NCBI GenBank assembly: GCA_000934665.2
Contig: JYFJ02001452.1
Coordinates: 1-64,000, forward strand
Length of the DNA: 64,000 nucleotides
Direction: 5' to 3'
DNA from: Catajapyx aquilonaris
Taxonomy: Eukaryota
Under the pieces are notes generated by a model that saw only the letters and a program-made list of their open reading frames with translations, had not been told where the DNA came from and made no database searches. Each line of letters starts with the position of its first letter. Positions within the stretch are counted from its first letter, which is position 1. Shown in pieces: positions 52,772-62,944 of the stretch. A program made the translations under genes and the position numbers.

Positions 52772-55700
52772 GCACGGTAACGACTCGGGGAAGGAGGATA
52801 AGGACTACGAGAGTCCAACTCTTGATGGACCCGTAGTCTCTCATCGGCTATATGCATATAATATATTTTGGTTGTCATGCAATCATGTCCCATCTCATTC
52901 CCCTCTGTGCCTCTAGAGGTAGCAAATGGCCGCTCTAGCATCCTCTACAAGGTGTACAGTACCTAATAAAGGCACAGCGTCCGATGTGGCTGGCATGGTC
53001 TCAGCGACCATGTTTAGGAATACGGTAAGGGAAAGGAGAACTGTAACACCTGCAAAACAAAAGGACATTCGAACTGTGATGCAAAGGGTGAGAAAGCGAT
53101 GCATTCAGAAAAGAAATTGGCGTCTCCAAAAAATGTGATGTCCTCTATTCTCAAAAAGGTCATCTCTAAGGCGCATTCCAAGGGAGCATAATAAACTCAT
53201 TGTGGAGGTGGCATAAAACAAAGGGTCACCTGGGTCGCACCCAGTTTCCAGTTGTCTCTCGACGGCACCATAAAACTTTGCATATATTATAATATAAGGC
53301 TACGCTTAAGTAAATTACCATGTCAAAAATAGTTGACCTACATTAGTGAGCATGACCCACGACCTACAATACAAACATGAGAGGGTGGGGAGGAAGAAAG
53401 AAAAGTGGGCAAAAAAGTCGTCACTCAATCCTTCTCCAAAGACATCGACTTATAGAAAGACACTTAACTATGACGAGTCATCTCCATGACATTCGAGTGG
53501 AAAACAAGCGAATCCCAAATCTAAAGCAAGTCAGAAAACAAATCAAACTCTCAGCAGGGGGAAGAGAGAGTCACTGGGAAGCAGCTTGGCTGAGAAAACG
53601 CGTCATGTTTTGTAAACTCCCGCTCCTTCAAAGGTTAAATGCTCGGAAATAACGAGACTCAAGCATCGGAGTCTCTGAAGAGAGGAAAAATACTCTCCAT
53701 CTCTCTCTCTCTTAGTAAAGTGGCATCCTTGGGCCCTGCGCGTCTTCTTTTCGTGCTCGAGCTGGCACTGACTTGGAGTTGATAGGCAAGGCAATTCATC
53801 TTTTCCACGTTTCAAAGAGAGGGCTCAATCGATCATCGGCAACTCCTTACTGAATGACCTGGATCAATGTGCATAATGACTCCTCAGAAAAGTTTACTTC
53901 AGCCGCTACTTTACCGACACAAACATTTCTTCAATGCTCCCGGAGTTACATATAAGAAAAAGCTGCGGTTTGGACTACCATTTTTAAGTTTTAAAAAATG
54001 TGCCTCAGCTTTAACGTACTTTATGGGAACAAGTGTGTATTTCCTTCATGTTGTTTTGAAACTTGCTTGGAATGATCATGCATTGATATACAGTTGGATT
54101 ATGAACGAAACACAAACATCGTATGGACAACAATTTTCATAAGCAGCTTTGGCACATTTTTTTTTTTTTTTTTTTTGCAAATCATCCCAGTGACTTGACT
54201 CTTCCCAGTAGCGTACACAAAACTAGAGCATGCCACATTTTGACTGCACTACGCCAAACATACTGCAGTCAAAATTTTATGTCACAAGAAAGCAATCCAA
54301 CACTCTTAACCACGATGAATACCAAGATGAAAAAGATATAAACATATACATGAGGAAAAAAAAATATAATCATATAGTGTTAATGAAGCCTCATGATTAT
54401 TCTGAGGGGGAAAAAAGGTGCCTCATGAAAACTCTTCCTGAAAGGGGGTCAATTTAAAGCTGTGATGTATTCAAATGCTCTTACCTGTATATATTATTTT
54501 TTTGTTTTAAAAGAAAACAAATGCATAACATTGTGGATAAGGGGGTTATGTAACACATGTAATATTTTTTTGCCTGCATTCAAATTTGATCGGGGGGGAT
54601 ATGTAAACGTGGGGAGGGTATTTTGTGGGTGTCACGAGGAAGCGTGCCTTGTCATACTCGCCAGTAACATTTTTTTTGCATTAAAGCGTCACTGCTCGGG
54701 TTTAAACACTTTGGATGGCTCCGACCCAAATTCCACATCGAATGACCTTTTTTACCATCATGTACTGCGGATGGTTCATTTTTTTCCTCTGTAAAATTAT
54801 CCACGTGATTTTGGTCATTGGCAGTACATCGCATGTTTGGAAAATTGAAAACGGGATGAATTTTGTCCTTCGCGCAGCGCCGCTTTAAACCACTCATTAA
54901 ACGCCTCTACATCATTAAGTCGTACTTACACACTAGGTTAAATTAGCAATTTGGTTCGGTCAACAAATGGCAGACATAATTAATCCAGGTCCGATCAGCG
55001 CTACACGTGCGGTATGATGAAGCCGAAACGTCTGAATATTTTACGTATCTCCCAGTGAACCACCACGGTTAGTACTGACAACGTTACCAGTCAAAAACTT
55101 CATTTTTGTTTTTACCGCTCAGTCTCATCTGGTCCAAAAGTGAGCAAATTTTGGCATAGTACAAACACGATCGAATTGGCTGCAGTGGACATGCGGTAGT
55201 AGAGAAAGAGCTTGTATTATAATCAGGGCGTGCAGAGCACAGGAGCTACTAGAGTGCACAGAACTTCACGAAGAACGTAAGATAGACAGAAGAGGGGAGA
55301 AGTTGGCTGCCGCTCATTCTGCAGGCCGACGACCATCTCATTTTTTTAAAAAAACAATTAATTCTGGCAACAATAAGATGGTCGATGGCACCCTCATTTG
55401 TAAGAACCCACTGAATGGCTGCGCAAGATTTCCCAGACCTGAAGTGGAAATAATTTTTATTTGAAACAGATCTTAAATGATTCCCAGCATGAAATGGCAA
55501 CAAACTTTCATCTCCATACTCGGGCAGCTTCTGCGCTCCCCGATTAATTTGAAAATATCGACCCTTCACACAAACCCAAGTCACGCGACACAGTTTCATT
55601 TAACTCGAATGCCACCGAATATCGGTTTTCTCCCGGACCTACCGCATTCGTAAAAAGCAGGGGATGGGGCGGGGAACGCCTGCCCTGTAAAAAAAAAAAA

Positions 55701-58700
55701 ATCCTCATTCCAAACGCTTACATCTCGCCAAGGTAAACCTTTATCCCGCAAAAAAAGAACCGGTACCATCCCCTAAAAATTCATGCTATCGGCCCCCTCC
55801 AAAAAATAGGTCGGATCAATAGGTCCCTGCCACAATAATGATCCTCACCCTGCACCCGGAATGGGGCATCCGGAAATGGGGCACAGCCATACTTATCCAG
55901 GAGCAGAATGAGCGCCCTTGCCCGTATATAGACAGAACCAGGATATGTGAATATGCAACTGGCAGGGGCACAGCCAACAACTATACCTATCGTCAGCTTC
56001 TCGCCGCACTCGTGAGGAAGGGTGAACCCTAGTAGTGTCATAGAGGCGATCATGACGCAGGGGATTATCAGATTCACCATGTAAAAAAGGGTTCGCCGAC
56101 GGATATGGATGGTGTAAGTTACGTCAATGTATGGCTCGGGGCAGCACACGTAGAAGATTACGTTCTTTTTCACCGGCACAGCTGGAATATGCCACAATGA
56201 TTTTTTTTTTCGGGGGGGGCGGGGGGCGGTGGGTGGTGGGTGGTCGTGAAAAGAAATGGAAAAGAAATACCATGGGGCATGTAAATATCAATGCACAGAC
56301 AAACAAGAAGACCAACAAATATATGGATGAATATGATATTTAAAAAGACATGGATATGTAACAAACCAAACAAGCCATAGACAGGTAACTACTGGCAAGC
56401 GAATGGCCATACCTAGGGAAAGTTTTTCTCCCGAGTCCGGTGGCAAGGTAAAACCAAGAACAGCCATGGAGGCGATGAGAACACATGGAACGATTAAGTT
56501 GAAAAAGTAGTACAAAGTCCGCCGACGGATAATTATTGTGAAAGTAATGTCTACATAAGGTTCAGGGCAGCATTGGTAGAATATTACATTCCTTTTGCCA
56601 GGCACACCTGTAATGGAGAAAGAGGTGGAAGAAAAAAAAATCGGCGTAAATATAAAGTCGCCGGCAGCCAAGATGAGCTGAAAAAAGCAGACAAAATTTT
56701 TCCAAAACAAAACAGAAACAGAAAAAAAATATTTGTTATTTTGTGGCTCTGCTCTCCAAATATGTATCAAACGTCGCGAGGAAAACGTTGCTCTTTTAAA
56801 ATGTCCACAATTATTTCAAAAAAGAAAATTCGGCGAAAAATTCCAGGAAATTTGAAGAGCGGAAACGGTTCTAAAAGGAAAAATGGACCACCAACAGAGT
56901 GATAGAGGATTTCTTTTTAAAAATAGACGCATTTTGTTCATAATATACTTTCAGAATAATTAGTCACCATGTCTTCATATTAATGAATGGGAAATTAAGC
57001 AATTTAATTAATAACTGTATGTAATTGCCCTCATTACAATTATGAGCAAAATGCCTGCGACTGGTGACCGATTGCCGTGAAAGAAAACCATTTTAGCTCG
57101 TAAAGACCCCAAATAGTTCCCTTTGACTTGTCACCAGTACTTTTGAGAGAAGAAGGCAGTGGACAGGACAAACAGGATCGGAGTGTGCCCTTAGGAAAAC
57201 TTAATAGACAGTGAGGGGATGAAATGGATGGAAACTGTGGGGGGAAGAAGGGTAAATGTTTCAAACGTCGGACGGACCTGACTCAGGCTCTCTGAACTAA
57301 AGTGAACTCTTCTGAATGAGTCCATGCAGCCTCCGAGAGTATTGATTCGAGGGGAGGGAATAGGGTGGGTGGGTGGTAGAGTGTGGATGGGGATGGTGTG
57401 GGTGGGGAAGAGAGTTGAGCAAACTGTGGGGGGGAGGCTGCTGCTTTTCCAACACACTAAAACTACCTTTCCTTGCCATCTAGCGAGGCGGATTCAACTC
57501 TGCCTCTGCTATGTAACAAACATCCGCGCCCTCAAACTTTGAAACTACGTAACTCCTCTCTGAACAAAGCGGGAGAATTAGTTTGGCCACCGACAAAACT
57601 TTTTTTTATAGTTTAAAAAAATTAGTTTAAACTACAGATCGGCTACGCTCTGCTGCGCTTTTGAAAAACTGTCATGCATGAACTAAAAATTTGCACATGG
57701 AGTAGAAAGAGATTGTGAATAATTGAAGTGGGTTCGAATATTTTTGCACCTGCAGGACCAGTTTCCATCAGTTCATAAAAATTTGCAAATGCATATAAAC
57801 TGACATGAATAGTAAAAGGCCGTATCTGGACTGTGAAATAATGCTCAATTATACTATTGAGTGTTCCTTTTACTCTACTTAATGCGAATCTTTTACTAAC
57901 CAGTGCAGAAATGATCTGCAAGTACGTATATTTAAGTTGTGTACAAACTGCAACCTGCATATATACATTTTAGGTAATGAAATTCAAACCTGTCGATATG
58001 TACGATCACATCAAGCATACAGTAACTACTAAAATATATGGCACACCCTGCTATTACCAGCTTGATAATTCAGCGCATTTGCACAATATTATTATTTTTT
58101 GTCCTGATGGAATATCACACCTTTTTGAGTGATGTTGCTAACTTCTTGCCTTACGAGAGAGAGAGAGGGGTAGTAATGTAATCTTCACTGACGTAAATTG
58201 CTCCTTTGGTTATTTCGGAGCGGAAAACTTTTCTCTCTGCAGTGAGTGTCAGTTTGAGAAGAAATGCGATTACTTTCCAAGTCACCTTGAACGAAGTGAC
58301 CGTCTGATGGTTGAAGCTATCGGCAGGCCCCATCAAATGCAATTTCTGGACCTGGGCACAAATATATCCGAACTTCTCCAGAAACATATCTCCAAGATCT
58401 GAGACACTGAATTAGATATTGCCTCCAGTGAAAAAACGAGGTTCGAGGAGAGATCGACGACCTCTCCTCTTGCAATTTAAAATTTAAACTGAAATGACGC
58501 CAAAACTCATGCATGACCTGGGAGGACTTTTGTGTTTATTAAATTTTGCGAACTGTTCCTTCACTTGGAAGAAAAATAGGGCGCGAGCCAATGGTGTTTG
58601 CGCCTGGACTTTCTCCTCGAGGAGAGTCCCCGTCTTACCGATGAGGTCCCATTCTCCATTTGTGATGAAACTGCTTATGTCGCCTCCGTCCTCGCTCTGC

Positions 58701-61700
58701 AGCTGCAGGTCCAGCTGCAAATTCAAAGCGGGGGCCTCGTTATTACAAACCTGCTCTAATTACACATCCCACTCAGTCGCCTGCAGTGCCTGAAACATTT
58801 TCCAAAATCCGCTTCTGCGCTGGTCATGCGTCAAAAGAAAGGACATGGGAACGTTTTAGGCGACTGATGTGGAATATTTTGGATGGGAGGAACACACACC
58901 GTGTATCCAGACAACCATGATTAAGTGGTATTCTTTCTCTTCCCACCCTCCCCATCCCAATCCCCCTCGTCTCTTCACATATTCAGGAAATACGACTTCA
59001 ACATACAGTATAAACTGAAAGAGCTGTCTTTCGAATAAAAGCCTAAGTATATGCAGTCCTCATGCATTCTTTCATGTACCTTCAAAATATACACACACAT
59101 GCACGTTCATTGTTAATGGGAAAATAATACGCTGCAATCAAGAGAAAAATGTCTAACTATTGCATGTCGTATGCAAATACGTCCAAAATATTCTTTCAAA
59201 CATCATTTCACACCATTGATGTGACAGTTTACTGGAGAAAAACACCACGTACTCTGTACTGTAGCATAAACCTCACTTGATCATCAAATTGTGCACTATA
59301 TTAACTAACTTGTTAAATGTACAGTTCCAATACATACTTGTTACGTATGTCAAAATCTTACCAGCAGAGATAACGTTTATCTGTAGTGGTTTTTTTAAAA
59401 AAGAAAAAAAGTCAAAACCTCTGCGCCAAAATTTCGGCGAAATATGCACATTGGATGTCTTCCTATTCCAATATCTCGACTTTTTTGGCCCCCACCCCCC
59501 AAAATGCCGCTGCAAAAAATAAATCTTAAAAATACGAAAATATATGACGTTATATCTTTTCATAGAACGCAGTACAAACGCCTCCTGATCCGGCGAGATT
59601 ATCCTTTTCCATTTGTATCAGTTGAGACACTGAAGCAACTTGTCCAACACTATAATTATAACCTTCCTCTATATGTAGGTCTGCGTGTAATTTTCTCCTT
59701 GCAAAAACATGTCAGACGCGCAATTTCCTTAAGCACACAAAACTCGCACACTGCCGTTGTCGCAGTTTAAAGGGGCAAAGAAACCGTCAACTCAAGCGTT
59801 GCTTCAATGTTCGTTCAAGTCTGACACGTCGACAAAGTGAAGGCCCAAAAGCAAACATTTTCCGCGCCCCCAAACGTCGAACTTCTGTTATATACTGTAT
59901 ATAAAAATATATAGATATATATTCCTGTTGGTTTTCTCTCTCTCGGTTTTTTTTTTGTGATACACACTAACACTACTCTACCAGTAAGAAATTACATGTT
60001 CTACCTCGAAAGTGCTTATACCTGGAAGCCATCATAAGTCCAGCTACCAAACTTCATGTCACAGCGCTGATCGTCAAAGGGGAACCACGTAATGTCTATC
60101 TTGCATGTGCTCTTGAAGATGCCCGGCGGAACGTACAAGCAGCTACCGTTATTTCTGACCACAACATTTGTGGGATAGGTCCCGTCGAAACCCTCATCGG
60201 CACTTGCAGGAAAGGTGGGAAACAAGGGGTAAGTATAACGGTTTACTTTTTTTTTCTTTTTTGCACGGTTAGTAAACAGAACAACACAGACTGCCCTATA
60301 AATGCAGGGGTGGAATATTAGGTGAGAAAAGAAACAATTTACGTTCCACTATAAGAGAATAAGTGCACTACTCAACCGGAGGGGGGATAAAGATTAAAAA
60401 TGTCGACTTTTTTTAAAAGAACAGGACAGAAGAAAAAAAATGGCCAGTTTTATGTCAAGAAAAATCAACCCAGCCCCAGAAAAACTCAAAAGGTTGCACA
60501 CCGAAGAAGAAAAATAGAAGAAAAAACGAGAGAGAACAGCTATCAAAAAATATAGAGATTTAAAAAAAATAGAGTTCAGAGGAAAATTGTGGACAAGAAA
60601 AAAAAAAACACCGAAGCAGCCAAAACCACGTATTGGGCTACACGATACGCAGTTCATGGGACTATCACCAGGCGACCATCACCCCACATGGAAACACAGG
60701 ATTTGGTGAGTCCGCTGGGGAGTCACCTCCTGCGCCTCAACCGCTGTGTTTCCAGCAAGAGCGATTCTAACTTGGAAACATGGTGGCCCAACAACAACGG
60801 CATCTGGCCATCGTACATTGTCACCGGGCAGGTCACAAAAAGATCAGAGCCAAAAGTGAGTTTCCCCTTTACGCATGATATGATATTGTATAAGATATGT
60901 GTACTGAACGAACTGCTGCACCAGACAGCTCGAGCTTCAGTTTTACCCCCGACTAGTTGGTTTGTTCGCCATGGGAGTTCGCTATTTCCAACCCCATGAC
61001 TCGCAAACCCTTCAGCTAATATTAGATATCACCTACTAAGGACAATAGTTTTAAAAGCAATATTTCTGCAAAATTATGTCTAAAAGTCTTGGGATAGGAA
61101 GAGAGTGTGAGCATTTCCTTTTTCTTTCTTTCTCTATGATTTATGGTGCCGCTCACAACGTCTGACTGGACAGTACTTGTACTGGGTGTCACTCCAGCTC
61201 TGTCCCAGCACAAATCAAACCACTTCCTCCACCTAACACTACTTACATTTGTCCTGACCAGTCCAGTAATTAATTGGTTCGGCGACATCAGACGTTACCT
61301 TTCTTTCGACCATCGGTTGCATATCCTTTCGTAACACAACTTCAGTTGCATCGGTCTCGAAATGAAACTGCAGGTGTGGAAAACGATACAAACGAAACAA
61401 AAAAGGCGCAGTCGTTCACTCCAGCAAATGTGACACACTCAAAAAGGGTTTACTTTTACTCGCATTAAGCGGAGTAACAAATACTCTACAAAGCAATCAG
61501 GAAACATTCGCTTGTAATTTGTACAGTGGGCGTCCCCAGTTAAATTCGAGTGTCTTTTGCACATGTGTCTGGACAATTAACAAATCTTTGTACTCGCATA
61601 TGTGGCAAAAAAAAACCTACTTGCGATACACCCTGTACTACTGGGCGCCAAACATGCATATCTTGTTTTGGTATCAGAAAAAAATCCTATTCACCCTCCG

Positions 61701-62944
61701 CCAGTTCTCTCACACACTTTTTTTTCGCAGGGACGTCCAGAATTTGACGGTATCTGTACTTCGAGCGGAGATAAAACCCGGGTTCTCTGGCGCCCACAAA
61801 CAAAAGGAGTCCGAAGGCCATTGTGTGGATTCACCGTTTGAATTAATCGCCATTGAACTGACACACACATAAAAGTAGTCTGGCGTTTTGACTTGGCCGT
61901 CGCATGTCTGTAAACTTTTTCCGAAAAACAATGGGGTTGTCCAGCGAGTGCATAATATGCGCCTGGGAAATAGAATAATCAACAAAATAGTTTATAGGAA
62001 GACTACAACAAGTTGGTCGAAAGGAAAGAAACAGCACATCGGCCAGAGACATGTTCACACGTTCTCACCCATCGCACCTCCTCGCGTCCTCTTTCGCATA
62101 CCATCTAAAACAAAGCATTACAACTAGACTAAGAGTAGGGAGGCTTACCTTTCCCATCACATATAACAAGACAGTTATATACCGAAGGCCATCAATATGT
62201 GGCCGAAATAGGAGGTGGCACACACGCAAGACAGGAGCGGCCAGGGGCAAAACTGAAGTCTGCCGAGTTGGAAGCCATAAGGCTACATACCAACAGTCCT
62301 TTGGCTACAACTTTTGGGCTCCCAATAAGCCTCGTCCCCTTCCACGGTGTCCCTTGTTGCTGGCTTGCCAACTGAACAACTGGCCACACTAAACTTTTCT
62401 TTTTTTTTGTAAGTAACTACACAGCAGGGGAAGGAAAATCATTGCTGAAACACAAAGTGTAACTGTTTTCTCTCGAATATTTAAAAAAATGGTATCTGTA
62501 TAAAAAAAAAGAAATTGAGACGAACATAGTCGTAAAATTTATAGGGCAGAGTACAGGCTAAATAAATTTTAAGTATACTTTTCAAATCAAGTGAGCTACA
62601 ATTTTGTCAGTTGAATTACGTTCAATGCATATTTATCAGGGGAGAGAAATGGTGCGGGTTAATTGTTGGACACTCCGCACTATATCTCCATCCTGTATTT
62701 ACGTGTAACTGCGATGTCATTAGGCAGCCGTTCACAAAAATTCTGTTACGTCTTGCAGCTTCCTATTGTCATCGCGGATGCAACTAAGATCACGTGATGA
62801 GAGACAACGGCACACGCATGCTTTTTGGCCATACCTGTTGTACATGAGCACATCGGGTTTCCAGATGCGATGCGGCGGTATCCTAAGATCCTTCACCCCA
62901 CCATATTCAGACACGTTCCACCGGAGATTCACGTCGTTCCATTC
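38804..62944 (-). CDS. nAChRalpha6/nAChRalpha7: Nicotinic acetylcholine receptor alpha subunit, alpha7 class (insect alpha5/6/7 group); spliced, 5'-partial (exon 4 to terminal exon)
   Basis: Exons join in frame at GT-AG boundaries: 62944-62835, 60202-60022, 58714-58639, [56607-56413 or 56181-55987], [53049-52963, 52156-52073, 50673-50587 or 49188-49102], 46762-46653, 39280-38804. The product has [10 protein letters not shown] (loop A), the Cys-loop [20 protein letters not shown] (loop B), vicinal YxCC (alpha subunit), the GEK cation filter and TM1-TM4. The alpha6 versus alpha7 orthology is ambiguous. Confidence 0.97.
44871..44912. repeat. 9-bp tandem repeat (CTCCCTTCC), about 4.7 copies
   Basis: Direct reading; explains the REGREG and PSLPSL low-complexity ORFs. 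Confidence 0.9.
45257..45356. repeat. Palindromic (foldback) element with ~47-bp imperfect arms, MITE-like, in the last intron
   Basis: Left arm GGTGGAATTTTCGTGCCACTGCTAGTCACTGCTAACTTAGCACTGCC versus right-arm reverse complement GGTGTAATTGTCGTATTACTGCTAATTACTGCTAACTTAGCAGTGCC, with a ~6-nt spacer. Confidence 0.8.
46653..46762 (-). CDS. nAChRalpha6/nAChRalpha7: nAChR exon 9 (110 nt): (G)[36 protein letters not shown]
   Basis: Acceptor tacag|GTACT, donor TGG|gtgagt, phase 1 to 0; TM3. Confidence 0.96.
48609..48715 (-). pseudogene. Decayed fifth copy of exon 8 (pseudo-exon or poison exon, 107 nt)
   Basis: Acceptor atttcag|GAGTGACT mirrors that of 8-4. It starts (G)VTLFFSLS and ends AVPDVATLL(G)|gt in another frame, with GCT GAG GCT TTG (AEAL) between. 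It has a net +20 nt, frameshifts, an in-frame TGA and a weak gtcccc donor. Confidence 0.6.
49102..49188 (-). CDS. nAChRalpha6/nAChRalpha7: nAChR alternative exon 8-4 (87 nt): (G)[28 protein letters not shown](G)
   Basis: Acceptor atttcag|GAGTT, donor CTAG|gtattg, phase 1 to 1. Confidence 0.86.
50228..50397. repeat. Nested GC-rich inverted repeat (stem-loop) between exons 8-3 and 8-4
   Basis: Outer stem GTGACCCAGTCCGTTGCGGCTG (50232-50253) pairs with CAGCCGCAACCGGACGGGGTCAC (50369-50391); inner stem 50257-50277 pairs with 50320-50339. Confidence 0.8.
50587..50673 (-). CDS. nAChRalpha6/nAChRalpha7: nAChR alternative exon 8-3 (87 nt): (E)[28 protein letters not shown](G)
   Basis: Acceptor ttacag|AAATC, donor ATAG|gtagtg, phase 1 to 1. 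Absent from the ORF track in this frame, so translated by hand. Confidence 0.88.
52073..52156 (-). CDS. nAChRalpha6/nAChRalpha7: nAChR alternative exon 8-2 (84 nt): (D)[27 protein letters not shown](G)
   Basis: Pyrimidine tract then ccgtag|ATGTA, donor ATAG|gtaaac, phase 1 to 1; one codon shorter than the others, frame intact. Confidence 0.82.
52731..52771. repeat. (ATCA)10 microsatellite between exons 8-1 and 8-2
   Basis: Perfect tetranucleotide run. Confidence 0.95.
52963..53049 (-). CDS. nAChRalpha6/nAChRalpha7: nAChR alternative exon 8-1 (87 nt): (G)[28 protein letters not shown](G)
   Basis: Acceptor ttgcag|GTGTT, donor TTAG|gtactg, phase 1 to 1; TM2 and M2-M3 loop. Confidence 0.93.
55987..56181 (-). 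CDS. nAChRalpha6/nAChRalpha7: nAChR alternative exon 7B (195 nt): (A)[64 protein letters not shown]
   Basis: Acceptor ttccag|CTGTG, donor ATAG|gtatag; same length and phase as 7A, no stops or indels, YxCC and GEK retained. Confidence 0.88.
56413..56607 (-). CDS. nAChRalpha6/nAChRalpha7: nAChR exon 7A (195 nt): (G)[64 protein letters not shown]
   Basis: Acceptor tacag|GTGTG, donor CTAG|gtatgg, phase 1 to 1; loop C with vicinal Cys, TM1, canonical LPPDSGEK. Confidence 0.95.
58639..58714 (-). CDS. nAChRalpha6/nAChRalpha7: nAChR exon 6 (76 nt): [25 protein letters not shown]
   Basis: Acceptor ttgcag|CTGGAC, donor ATCG|gtaaga, phase 0 to 1; loop F with NGEW motif. Confidence 0.95.
60022..60202 (-). 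CDS. nAChRalpha6/nAChRalpha7: nAChR exon 5 (181 nt): (S)[60 protein letters not shown]
   Basis: Acceptor tgcaag|TGCC (uncommon AAG), donor CAG|gtataa; contains the Cys-loop and loop B; phase matches exons 4 and 6. Confidence 0.96.
62835..62944 (-). CDS. nAChRalpha6/nAChRalpha7: nAChR exon 4 (110 nt): [36 protein letters not shown](S)
   Basis: Acceptor ccag|GAATGG, donor AACAG|gtatgg, phase 0 to 2; loop A motif. Confidence 0.96.

Noticed and set aside
55987..56607. Exon duplicates as an assembly artefact or a second gene
   Set aside because: The copies are strongly diverged with unrelated flanking introns, and exons 4-6, 9 and the terminal exon are single copy, so this is one gene with internal duplications.
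62149..62252. Candidate cassette exon in intron 4 (ttcag|...AAG|gtaagc)
   Set aside because: 104 nt would shift the frame, it has no similarity to nAChR exons, and the pyrimidine tract is poor. A strong donor alone is not evidence.
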